64,000 nucleotides of DNA. Origin: an uncultured Candidatus Saccharibacteria bacterium (GTDB lineage Bacteria > Patescibacteriota > Minisyncoccia > Phycocordibacterales > UBA2100). Position 1 is the stretch's first letter, and every line of letters begins with the position of its first letter. Positions 9,975-19,150 of this stretch are shown here, one piece after another. The position numbers were made by a program, and so were the translations under genes. Under the pieces are notes generated by a model. It made no database searches. It had not been told where the DNA came from and worked only from the letters and a program-made list of their open reading frames with translations. The stretch is taken from positions 3,974-67,973 of the forward strand of contig CAZYLZ010000006.1 in NCBI GenBank assembly GCA_964648335.1, written 5' to 3'.

Positions 9975-11255
9975 TTAGCCGTGCAAGCTTTGCGTAATGC
10001 CATAAATAGGAGTGATGATCGATACCGCGATGAATCCGACGAGAAGCCCCATGAAGATCATGAGCAAAGGCTCGATCAGTGTGGAGATATCTTTGGCGAA
10101 GTCGTCGACTTCGTTCTCGTAAAGGTCCGAGAGGTAGAGGAGCGTGTTCGAGAGGTTACCCGTCTTCTCACCAACTGCTACAAGTTGGGCGAGGATGTCG
10201 GGAAAGACGTTGCGATGGGCTGCCAGGTAAGTCGACATCCGCTCGCCGCGGTTGATCGTGTGCGCAAGCGCGCGGAAGTGTCGCTTGTAAACCAGATTCT
10301 GCGAAGTATCTGCGGTCAGGGGAAGTGCTTCTGACAAGGTGACGCCACCCTTGAGCATGATACCGAGCGTGCGCGTCGCGTTTGCAAGATTGTAGTACTG
10401 CACCATCTTTCCGACGAGAGGAATTTGGAGCAGGAATCCATGGAAGTACATGCGACTCGCCTTGTTCTTCTTGATGAGGATCGAGAAGGCGGTCACGAAA
10501 AGAACTATCCCCGCGGATAGCGCGAAACCACTCTTCTGCAAGAAATTGCTGATTGCTATGACGATCTGAGTCGACATTGGCAAGGTCATGTGGAGGCTCG
10601 AGAAGATCGGCATAATCTTCGGGAACAGATAGACCATGAGGAAGATCGTTATGCCGACAGTCGCCGTCGTGATGAGCGCCGGGTACACCAACGCACCGAT
10701 CACCTTGCGGCGGAGGATCTGCTTCTTCTTGAGTTCGTCGGCAAGATAGTCGAGGTTCTCGCTCAATACCCCGCTCGACTCACCCACTTTTATGATGTTG
10801 ATCGCAAAATCACCGAACACGTGCGGGAATTTTCCGAAGCTTTTGGAAAGCGCCTGGCCCTGCGACGTGTCTTCTATAATTTGGTCAAGTATGCGGCGGT
10901 GGCTGCGGGTGCGCGATTGCGTGCGCAAGATATGGAGGCTCTCGAGCATCGGAACGCCTGCTCGGGTAAGGAATGAAAGACGCTTGGCAAAGAATGTCTG
11001 CTCTTTTATAGCGAGTCGCGGCGCGACATACTGATCCATCATCATCGCGAGCCTGGTGAAGCGAGACCGGTCGTCATAGCTACGCTTTACCGGAAGCGCT
11101 TTCGGTTCGTCGGGCTCGGGTTCGGTCGGGTCGGTGGGATTGCCGGGCAGCTTCGGGAAGAACGAGAGCTTGGCCGGCTGTCGTCGTACTCGCTCGCCCG
11201 CTATCGAAAACAATATGCGAGCGATGTTCTCGAAGGGTGCGGTTGCGATGTTCAT
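9975..11255 (-). CDS. pilC: Type IV pilus assembly platform protein PilC / GspF family
   Basis: Two GspF-type repeats with polytopic membrane segments, 426 aa, directly downstream of the ATPase gene. Confidence 0.8.
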   Translation of the reverse strand: MNIATAPFENIARILFSIAGERVRRQPAKLSFFPKLPGNPTDPTEPEPDEPKALPVKRSYDDRSRFTRLAMMMDQYVAPRLAIKEQTFFAKRLSFLTRAGVPMLESLHILRTQSRTRSHRRILDQIIEDTSQGQALSKSFGKFPHVFGDFAINIIKVGESSGVLSENLDYLADELKKKQILRRKVIGALVYPALITTATVGITIFLMVYLFPKIMPIFSSLHMTLPMSTQIVIAISNFLQKSGFALSAGIVLFVTAFSILIKKNKASRMYFHGFLLQIPLVGKMVQYYNLANATRTLGIMLKGGVTLSEALPLTADTSQNLVYKRHFRALAHTINRGERMSTYLAAHRNVFPDILAQLVAVGEKTGNLSNTLLYLSDLYENEVDDFAKDISTLIEPLLMIFMGLLVGFIAVSIITPIYGITQSLHG

Positions 11256-11256
11256 A

Positions 11257-12504
11257 TTATTCGTGAATGACGCGTAATACCTCCTCGAGCGTTGTGAGAC
11301 CTGCCTCGACTTTCTTGAGTCCGTCGTCGAACATCGTCGTCATACCGTTCTTTATGGCGATATTTTTTATGTCTGCCGACGATGCACGCGCGAGGATCGC
11401 CTCACGGATCTCGGCATCGGCGACGAGCACCTCGTTGATACAGAGACGTCCGGAATAGCCGCTTCCATTGCAGGAGGCGCAGCCCGCTCCGCGGTGAAGC
11501 TTGGTCTTAGGGTCGATAGTACGGCCGGTCGTGAGCAAGAGATGCTCGCGCAAGGCGTCGGTGAACTCGGTCTCTTCCTTGCAGTCCGAGCAGATTTTGC
11601 GCACGAGTCGCTGGCCGATCGCGATGGAGACCGTCGTCGCAACCAAGAATCCTTCGATCTTCATGTCCAACAGACGTGGAATGGTCGTCGCCGCGTCGTT
11701 GGTATGTACGGTAGAGAGAAGGAGGTGTCCGGTGAGCGCTGTATTGACCGCGATACCAGCGGTCTCGGCATCACGGATCTCGCCGACCATGATGACATTT
11801 GGGTCCTGGCGCAAGATACTCCGAAGACCATTGGCAAACGTAAGCCCGGTGCGTGCGTTAACTTGTATTTGCTCTATGCCGTCGACGGAATACTCGATCG
11901 GGTCTTCGATGGTGATGATGGAAATGTCCGGCGACTTGAGCATCCGCACCAGCGTATACAAGGTAGTCGTCTTTCCCGATCCAGTCGGACCAGTCGCGAG
12001 AATCATGCCGGTCGGCTTCTTGATTGCCTGCAAGATCTTGCGTTTGTCTTCGGGACTGAACCCAAGGTCGTCGAGCGTAAAATCTTCGGCATTGCTCGAA
12101 AGGAGGCGCAGCACCGCATTCTCTCCGTGATACGTAGGACAAATCGAGACACGGATGTCGATGAAGGCTGTCTCGCCCATAGTGTGCCGGATGCGGCCAT
12201 CTTGTGTAGCGTTGTGCTCGTCAGTGCGTAACGATGCGAGAACTTTTATACGCGAAATAACCTCGCCGTGGATCTCTTTAGGCAAGAGGCACACCTGTTG
12301 CAACACGCCATCGACGCGAAAGCGGATGCGGACGCCTGTAAGGCTCGGGTCGATATGGATGTCTGAGGCGCGCATCTCGCTCGCCTTCTCGATGATGGCA
12401 TCGACGACATTTATGATGGAGCAATTGATTCCCCGAGCAAGCTCGAGGTCGAGTTTGCTTATGAGCACGTGCGAATTTATTTTTGGAATTACGGTATCCA
12501 TAGC
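11257..12504 (-). CDS. pilB: Type IV pilus assembly ATPase PilB/GspE family
   Basis: Walker A GPTGSGKTT, a tetracysteine CSDC...CASC zinc motif typical of GspE/PilB, and a GSPII N-domain. Start could be 12504 or the upstream Met at 12588. Confidence 0.8.
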   Translation of the reverse strand, partial: AMDTVIPKINSHVLISKLDLELARGINCSIINVVDAIIEKASEMRASDIHIDPSLTGVRIRFRVDGVLQQVCLLPKEIHGEVISRIKVLASLRTDEHNATQDGRIRHTMGETAFIDIRVSICPTYHGENAVLRLLSSNAEDFTLDDLGFSPEDKRKILQAIKKPTGMILATGPTGSGKTTTLYTLVRMLKSPDISIITIEDPIEYSVDGIEQIQVNARTGLTFANGLRSILRQDPNVIMVGEIRDAETAGIAVNTALTGHLLLSTVHTNDAATTIPRLLDMKIEGFLVATTVSIAIGQRLVRKICSDCKEETEFTDALREHLLLTTGRTIDPKTKLHRGAGCASCNGSGYSGRLCINEVLVADAEIREAILARASSADIKNIAIKNGMTTMFDDGLKKVEAGLTTLEEVLRVIHE

Positions 12505-12646
12505 GTGCAGAATTCTGTCGTAGCGGCCAATCAGACAGCGGAAATTTGCTGTAGGACATTTATACGCCCAGAGGGCCTCTACCCGCAACCAAAAACGCGT
12601 GGTTTGCTATGCGAAAGGTGGCGCAAAACAGCACTACACCACGCTT

Positions 12647-13765
12647 CTAACGAATGACAGAAACGGCCGACTTGAATGCTTCGAGTGATTCGGGACTCGA
12701 GTTGACACGCCAATCTTTTTCTTTGTTGGCATTAAACCAGATCCACGCGACAACGTTGTATCGAGCCATCTGTGTCGAGAGCGCGTCTGTAATCCACGCG
12801 GGCTTGTCGCTTCCCGGTGCACTCGCGATGGAAAACACGTAGATAGGCTTGCCATAATGGCGCAGACGAAAGAGCATCTTCGAGAATAACGACTCGAAGT
12901 CTTGCCACGGCCGCGCGAAATTGAACCCATCTACCCCCACCACATCGACGTATGCGTCTCCTGGATAGTACGCGGCGATATCGTTTTCGGGCGTATCGGG
13001 ATTAGGTTCTTGGTTCACCGCCCAGCCCCAGGTGATGTTGTGCGGTCCCTGCGACATGACGACATCGTGCGTGTGTCGCCAGGCAAACACGAGCTTTGCA
13101 GCGGAGTTACCCGGATGCACTCCGCTCCACGGACTATCGACTAGGTTCATCTCGTGAAAAGGGGCAATGAGAATCGGGTCGCCATACTCGATGGCATCTC
13201 GTGTGAAGGAGCGCATGTAGTCATCCCACTTTCCCGCGATAATGTCGTCGAGACTTCCCTGCGGTTCCCAAAATACGACGAAGGTCTTCGTACTGCCTTT
13301 GAGCGATTGTACGATTGTTTTCGGAAATGCATCGCCGAACGCGACAAAATACGCAGAAAGATTTGCTGTGTGACCAACCAATGATTCGAATCGCGCTAGG
13401 TCCCCTACGTTGTCGCCTGCATAGACACCCCAGCGGTGTGGCTGCTCGGTACCGTATGTAATCTGAGGATCGAGAGGCTTAGGTGGATTCATGACGATGG
13501 AGTTTGTAATGTTAATCGGTACCGAATGACCCAGTGTCGTTGTAGATGGGTCAGGTTGAGCGAGGGTGGTCGGACCCGCTTCGATCGTAGCATTCTCAGT
13601 CGCCGCGGTAGACGCAAGTGCCACTGCCTGCTCAGAGAGAATGCCATCTACCTTCGGCAAATTGTCACTTGAGTCGACCGAACTGAGCCAGTAGGCGCCG
13701 CTAGCTACGAGCATACACGCGGCGAATGAACCCAACACCAAAATCCGCCCACGAATATGATTCAT
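12647..13765 (-). CDS. Secreted TIM-barrel glycoside hydrolase-like protein (GH26/GH5-like, HEMN motif)
   Basis: Signal/TM N-terminus, FHEMN acid/base-like motif, WEPQG motif. A clear nucleophile motif was not found, so the family is tentative. Confidence 0.35.
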   Translation of the reverse strand: MNHIRGRILVLGSFAACMLVASGAYWLSSVDSSDNLPKVDGILSEQAVALASTAATENATIEAGPTTLAQPDPSTTTLGHSVPINITNSIVMNPPKPLDPQITYGTEQPHRWGVYAGDNVGDLARFESLVGHTANLSAYFVAFGDAFPKTIVQSLKGSTKTFVVFWEPQGSLDDIIAGKWDDYMRSFTRDAIEYGDPILIAPFHEMNLVDSPWSGVHPGNSAAKLVFAWRHTHDVVMSQGPHNITWGWAVNQEPNPDTPENDIAAYYPGDAYVDVVGVDGFNFARPWQDFESLFSKMLFRLRHYGKPIYVFSIASAPGSDKPAWITDALSTQMARYNVVAWIWFNANKEKDWRVNSSPESLEAFKSAVSVIR

Positions 13766-13796
13766 AGGCGGATTGTAACAAATTAAGGATGTGATG

Positions 13797-14819
13797 TTAC
13801 TGAAGCGTCGCGGTCTCGCTAAAGTGCGCTGCGCAGGATCCGTTGTTAAACACGGGACCGCTCGCTACCACATAATTCGACGCAGGATCCTTGATGACGG
13901 TGTGCAGATCGGTGACCGCGTCTTCGCAGGCATAGACTGCCGACTGGCTGGCACCCTGACCTCCGACCCAGATGTCGAGCCATGGATGGCCCTGGTAGCC
14001 GGTGTGGCACGGACCGTTTTGCGGGCTGTTGCCGTCTCCACAGGTGTCCTCGACGATAAAGTACCGGTGCAGGAATGGCATGTAGAAGATGGTTCCTGCA
14101 GGGTAGTCGAGGGTGTCTTTACCTCCCGAGATACTGTGACCTACCGCGACTGTTATCGGATCGGCATAGGTACCCATTCCTCCGGCGCTCGAATGGATCT
14201 TGCCATTGGATATGGCACCTCCGGCTGGTGTGTTGTCGGGCCAGCCGTAGCCGGTTATGTAGGCGGTCATGACCGATCCTGCGGGCTTCTGCACTACAGG
14301 CGCAGGAACGGTCGAGGGCGACGCAACAACGGGCTTTGGCGTAGCGACTGGTTTCGGCACGACTGTCACCGGCACTGGAGTCGATACTGACGCGGGCTGC
14401 ACTTGTGCGCAGGTTGGCACGACGACGGTTACGATCTTCGAATAACTGGCACGACGATTACTAGTATATGTCTTGACTTGGTATCGATAGCTTCCGGCTC
14501 CAGCCTTTACCGTTTCCGAGAAACCTGCGGACGGCTGCTTGCTCGACTTGTTTACCCACGAGCCAGTGCCGGGGTCCTGCCTGAACACCGAATAGGAAGT
14601 TGCATTGGTAACGGCGGGCCATGTGAGCGAGACTTTTGCGGTTCCGCTTGCGCAGCTCGCCGCAGCGGTGAGCGTGAGCTTGTTAGAAGAATATGTTTGC
14701 GCGTATGCATTGTCTGCAGTGACTGCTAACATCGACGGGTTGATAACTCCTAGAATAATCCACGCTGCTGGTACGAAGGCAGCAATAACCCACATAGTCT
14801 GGAATGATCGATGTGTCAT
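13797..14819 (-). CDS. Secreted FN3-like + 3D-domain (MltA-like) protein, cell-wall-remodelling candidate
   Basis: Signal peptide. C-terminal YITGYG..GTYADPITVAV..YFIVEDTCGDG..HPWLDIWVGG matches the three-Asp pattern of the 3D domain. Start set at MTHRSF (14819). Confidence 0.5.
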   Translation of the reverse strand: MTHRSFQTMWVIAAFVPAAWIILGVINPSMLAVTADNAYAQTYSSNKLTLTAAASCASGTAKVSLTWPAVTNATSYSVFRQDPGTGSWVNKSSKQPSAGFSETVKAGAGSYRYQVKTYTSNRRASYSKIVTVVVPTCAQVQPASVSTPVPVTVVPKPVATPKPVVASPSTVPAPVVQKPAGSVMTAYITGYGWPDNTPAGGAISNGKIHSSAGGMGTYADPITVAVGHSISGGKDTLDYPAGTIFYMPFLHRYFIVEDTCGDGNSPQNGPCHTGYQGHPWLDIWVGGQGASQSAVYACEDAVTDLHTVIKDPASNYVVASGPVFNNGSCAAHFSETATLQ

Positions 14820-14933
14820 ATAATTACCGTATCTTTTCAGACGCACCGGCACAACAACCATTTCACGCGCGCTTCATAAAGCAACCGAATTGCTTCACGG
14901 TCAATTATTTTCTTTTTCTGACGCACGAATGCG

Positions 14934-17900
14934 TTACGGATTCATCTGTGCGAGCCCCTGCTTCATCGTGACGACCGGGATGCCGTTTGCGACAAGATAG
15001 TTTACGTAGGTCTGGAAGTCTTCAGGAGTTGCTCCGTACTGATCGTTCTGATGATCGATCTGGTGGTACATGAGGATGAGCCACGTGTGGTTTGTCATCG
15101 CGGTCTCCGTCCACTGTTGCCACGTCGCAGCAGTCGTCGATGCATTCACCTCTTGTATCATGAGCTTGTACTTGTCGGTGGCCTTGTTGTTGTAGCCTTG
15201 GTCGACAGTGCGCGCAGCGACGTAACCGGCACTCTTTACAATCGCATCAGTGGTTGCGTTGTAGTCTCCATACGGATAGACGAAGGTATCTGCTGGCGTG
15301 ATGCCGATAGCATTGAGGTCTTGCTTAGCTCCGAGGATCTCGTCAGTAGCCGACGCTGCCGACAGGGTCGTCAAAAACGGATGCGTACGGGTGTGCGACG
15401 AGACTTCGTGGCCCGAAGCGAATATCTGCTGGACCTGCGCGGTGTTCATGTAGTCCTGCGCGATGTCGAGGTGAACGTCGTCGACCGTGAGTGATCCTGC
15501 CGTCGCGATCTTGTGATACACAGCCACGGTCTTGGTGTTAGCAGGCGGAATGAAGGTAAATGCCGCAGTCGCCCAGACAGCCGATGCTGGCACGGTACCG
15601 AGGTCTACCGTCTGCGTCGTGTTGTTCGTGAGTGTGTAGCGGACTGACACCGTGGTCGGGACCGTCGCCATGTAGCGATCGGTGTAGTTGTGCGCCTCGG
15701 CAGAAACGAGCGTCATCTCGTCAGGTTGCCACTGCGCACTGCCGCTCGCAAGCGATGCAACATCGATCTTGACGGCTTTCGCTCCCAGAACTCCGGCGAC
15801 CGGGTACGTGAAGGTCGTGGTGCTGACACCGGTCTTGATCGCAGTCCAGTTCGCTGGCGTCGTCGACGAGAGTGCGACTTCGAATGATGGATTATCGACG
15901 CGATTCTGGTTGATCGCCTCCTGCATCGACTTGGTGATGATAAAGAAGCTTCCTTTGAGACCAGCAGCATTCAGCATCTGATAGGCCGTGTCGTACTGCG
16001 ATCCCCATCCGTCGTCGAAGGTTATCGTGACGAATCCAGCGGGGAAACCATTGGGCCCCGGATCGATCGTCGAAGCCGCCTGCAGCCGAAGCGCCGCATT
16101 ATCGATAGTCAGCGAGCCGTTGCCGTTGATGAGGTGGAAGATGGTGACCTTGGTGCTCGATGCCGGCGGCGTAAACGCCTGCAGTACCGACGTCCAGCTT
16201 GCCGATGGCGCGATGTTGAGCGTGATATCCGAGTAGACGAACGAGTTATCGGAAAGTGTGTAGCGTGCGGTCAGGGTCGAGGTTGCGGTAGAGGTGTACT
16301 GGTTCGAGTATTCGTAGACCTGGCCGGGCGTTACCGCGACGTCCTCGAAGTACCATTTCGCATCGCCGTCGGTTCGGTTAGCCATCGAGACCGAAGCGGC
16401 AGCCGCGCCGTCGATACCCGCTACCGGGTAGCTGAAGGTTGTCGAGCTCGTACCCCAACCGCCCTGGAACCAGTGGTCGGGCACACCCACGACAGTCGCG
16501 GTCTCGAGCGACGGATTCTGAATGAGGTTTGGATTCTGAGGAGTCGGTGGGATGTAGAAGGTATTGAAGGTGACGGTCGACGCGTTGCCGATGTTGTTGG
16601 CAGCATCGGTCGCATATGCAGTGATCGTGTGCGAGCCATTCTTGAGAGCCTTGATCGGAATCTGCACGGTGTAGGGAGCTGCTGTAAGCTCTCCGACGAT
16701 GTGGTCGATACCGTTCGTGACTTCGTAGTGCACCGCAGTAACGGCGACGTTGTCGCTTGCCGCAAAGATGAGTGTCGTCGTCGCTGCCAGGATGGAACCG
16801 GTCGTCGGCTGCGTAATTGATACGACAGGTGCTTGCGTGTCGGGTATCGGATTGTTGACGGTAACGGTGATCGGAGTCGTCGATGCTGCGTTGTTGGCTG
16901 CGTCCTTGGCCTCTGCATAGACCGTGTGCGATCCATTAATAAGTGCCGTCGTGTCGAAGGTCATCGAATACGGCGCGGTCGCGTCAACTCCGTACGACGC
17001 ACCATCGACGAAGAACGTGACCTGCGTCACCGCGACATTGTCACTTGCTGTTGCCGTGAGCGATGTAGAAGTACCGACGACGGTTGCGTTAGCGGTTGGT
17101 GATGTCAGGGCTACAGTCGGCTTGGTTGTGTCTGCAGTCGTCGTCGAGTTCGATACGGTGAATGTCGCGGTGGTAGAGGTACCGATGTTCCCTGCGGCGT
17201 CGCGCGCCTGTGCGTACACCGTATGCGAACCGTTTGTGATTGATGTGGTGTTCACCGAGAGTACGTACGGAGCGGTCGTCGATTCGACTCCGAATGGTAC
17301 GCCATCGACGATGAAGCGGACTCCTGCGACAGCAACGTTATCCGAAGCGGTCGCCGAGAACGATGCTGTGCCGGAGAGGGTCGCACCCGAGGCTGGCGAC
17401 GTAAGCGCTGCGAGCGGCTTGGTGGAGTCAGGCGTCGAGGTCGCGCTGCCGGGGGCAGTGAGTGATGCGTTGTCGATTGTGAGCGTACCTACCGCGTTAA
17501 GTCCATGGAAGACGGTCGCCTTTACCGTGCCTGCGGGCGGCGTGAAGGTCCGTGTTATGTGTGTAAATCCGGAAGAAGCAGGTGCGGCACCGAGATCGAG
17601 ATAACTGTAGGTCGGCGTCGCGGTCTCGTATTGTACGGTGACGAAACTCGAACCGGTCGACTGGTAGTCGTCCTGGAAGGTATAGGTCGTGCCTGGGGTG
17701 ACAGCAACCGGCGTAAAGTACCACTTCGCGTCTCCCGAGGTGAATGCCGTGACCTGGAGCTTTGCGCCATTACCGGCCGCACCCGCCGACGGATACGTGA
17801 ATGTGCGAGTAAGCGTACCCCATCCACCCTGTGCCCAACCCAAGGGCAACGCTCCGTTTGCCGTCTCGAACGTGCCGTTGGTTATGAGATTGGATCCACT

Positions 17901-18752
17901 CGGAGGCACGACAATGACGTTGGAAACAGTGACCGCGACTGATGCCGAGGTCGCGTTATTTGCCGATGTATCGCGTGCTCGTGCAGTGATGGCATGCGCA
18001 CCGTTGGCGAGCGACGCGGTGTTAAGCGAAATGGAGTACGGCGCCGACGTGTCTTCGGCTCCCGTTGCGACACCGTCCACCAAGAACTGAACGCCAGCGA
18101 CCGCTACGTTGTCCGCAGCATTTGCCGAGAGTGTTACCGTTCCCGAGATCGTGGCACCTGCAGTTGGAGCAGTCACCGATACCGTAGGAACTACGCTGTC
18201 GGTCGATGTTGCGTTCGACGTTACCGAGGCGTTATCGATCGTGAGCGTACCTACCGACGACAGTCCGTGGAAGACAGTCGCTTTCACGACGCCAGCCGGA
18301 GGTGTGAACGTGCGCGTGATATGTGAAAACCCTGCCGAGGCGGGCGCGGCCGTAAGCGAAGCATAGCTATAGACCTGTGCTGCTGTCTCGTACTGAATCG
18401 CAAGGAAACTCGAACCGGTCGACTGGTAGTCGTCCTGGAAGGTATAGGTCGTGCCTGGGGTGACAGCAACCGGCGTAAAGTACCACTTCGCGTCTCCCGA
18501 GGTGAATGCCGTGACCTGGAGCTTTGCGCCATTGCCCGTCATTCCGGGAGCGGGGTACGTGAAGGTCTTGGTGTTAGTTCCCCATCCGCCCTGTGCCCAT
18601 CCTAGGGGCAGCGCTCCGTTTGCAGTCTCGAAGTCGCCGTTCACGACGAGGTTTGCCGCTGCAGTTGCTGCGAACGGATTAATGAGGATAAAGCCAGCGA
18701 TGGCGGTGAGGACCAGGAGCCCTACGAGACTTGCTCTGAGTGCGCGGTTCAT
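14934..18752 (-). CDS. Giant secreted polysaccharide deacetylase (CE4/NodB domain) fused to multiple CBM-like and Ig-like domains, IcaB/PgaB-like
   Basis: C-terminal NodB motifs FVTITFDDGWGS, GHEVSSHTRTHP, ILMYHQIDH. Several NLVVNGDFE..GGWG carbohydrate-binding-module-like domains. Repeated Ig-like domains (TVSVTAPTAGATISGT..). Signal peptide. Confidence 0.75.
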   Translation of the reverse strand: MNRALRASLVGLLVLTAIAGFILINPFAATAAANLVVNGDFETANGALPLGWAQGGWGTNTKTFTYPAPGMTGNGAKLQVTAFTSGDAKWYFTPVAVTPGTTYTFQDDYQSTGSSFLAIQYETAAQVYSYASLTAAPASAGFSHITRTFTPPAGVVKATVFHGLSSVGTLTIDNASVTSNATSTDSVVPTVSVTAPTAGATISGTVTLSANAADNVAVAGVQFLVDGVATGAEDTSAPYSISLNTASLANGAHAITARARDTSANNATSASVAVTVSNVIVVPPSGSNLITNGTFETANGALPLGWAQGGWGTLTRTFTYPSAGAAGNGAKLQVTAFTSGDAKWYFTPVAVTPGTTYTFQDDYQSTGSSFVTVQYETATPTYSYLDLGAAPASSGFTHITRTFTPPAGTVKATVFHGLNAVGTLTIDNASLTAPGSATSTPDSTKPLAALTSPASGATLSGTASFSATASDNVAVAGVRFIVDGVPFGVESTTAPYVLSVNTTSITNGSHTVYAQARDAAGNIGTSTTATFTVSNSTTTADTTKPTVALTSPTANATVVGTSTSLTATASDNVAVTQVTFFVDGASYGVDATAPYSMTFDTTALINGSHTVYAEAKDAANNAASTTPITVTVNNPIPDTQAPVVSITQPTTGSILAATTTLIFAASDNVAVTAVHYEVTNGIDHIVGELTAAPYTVQIPIKALKNGSHTITAYATDAANNIGNASTVTFNTFYIPPTPQNPNLIQNPSLETATVVGVPDHWFQGGWGTSSTTFSYPVAGIDGAAAASVSMANRTDGDAKWYFEDVAVTPGQVYEYSNQYTSTATSTLTARYTLSDNSFVYSDITLNIAPSASWTSVLQAFTPPASSTKVTIFHLINGNGSLTIDNAALRLQAASTIDPGPNGFPAGFVTITFDDGWGSQYDTAYQMLNAAGLKGSFFIITKSMQEAINQNRVDNPSFEVALSSTTPANWTAIKTGVSTTTFTYPVAGVLGAKAVKIDVASLASGSAQWQPDEMTLVSAEAHNYTDRYMATVPTTVSVRYTLTNNTTQTVDLGTVPASAVWATAAFTFIPPANTKTVAVYHKIATAGSLTVDDVHLDIAQDYMNTAQVQQIFASGHEVSSHTRTHPFLTTLSAASATDEILGAKQDLNAIGITPADTFVYPYGDYNATTDAIVKSAGYVAARTVDQGYNNKATDKYKLMIQEVNASTTAATWQQWTETAMTNHTWLILMYHQIDHQNDQYGATPEDFQTYVNYLVANGIPVVTMKQGLAQMNP
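17644..17771. repeat. 128-nt exact intragenic duplicate (copy 1), within a ~390-bp diverged CBM-domain duplication
   Basis: Identical to 18405..18532. The flanking ~130 bp on each side are similar but diverged. Confidence 0.85.
18405..18532. repeat. 128-nt exact intragenic duplicate (copy 2)
   Basis: Identical to 17644..17771. Confidence 0.85.
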
Positions 18753-18802
18753 ACGGATAGTTTTGATTACGAGACACGTGATTTGTAAATGAAGATCGGA
18801 TA

Positions 18803-19150
18803 CTACTGCACGGGTTGGTGGTTAGCAACCGCCGCGGCTGCCGTCTGCGTCGTCGTCCCCTCGTGCAACACGATTGACCGCAGCGCTGAGAAGTCGATCT
18901 CGGAGACGCGTGCAGACACCATACCGAACGCGCCCGAGCTCACCCATATAAACACCAAGCCGACGATCGAGTACGAAAGGGCGCGTCGTAATATCGAATC
19001 ACCTGATTGCGATGAAAGTATGTAGGTCACGCGGGGTCGCTCAACGACGACGCCGAGCCGCTCCATGCGGTGCTTGAGATACGAATAGATCATGCTTATC
19101 ACCAGGATAAGCGAATGAGCAATGAGCGAAAGTCCTCCTACAGGTGTCAT
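18803..19150 (-). CDS. Small two-TM membrane protein, IcaD/PgaD-like partner candidate
   Basis: 115 aa with two hydrophobic helices. Its ATG overlaps the GT2 stop (ATGA), suggesting translational coupling, and it lies between the GT2 and CE4 genes. Confidence 0.4.
   Translation of the reverse strand: MTPVGGLSLIAHSLILVISMIYSYLKHRMERLGVVVERPRVTYILSSQSGDSILRRALSYSIVGLVFIWVSSGAFGMVSARVSEIDFSALRSIVLHEGTTTQTAAAAVANHQPVQ

Noticed and set aside
16134-16820. 228-aa plus-strand ORF (and similar Arg-rich ORFs at 15688-18792)
   Set aside because: It is antisense to the CE4 deacetylase gene and has no motifs.
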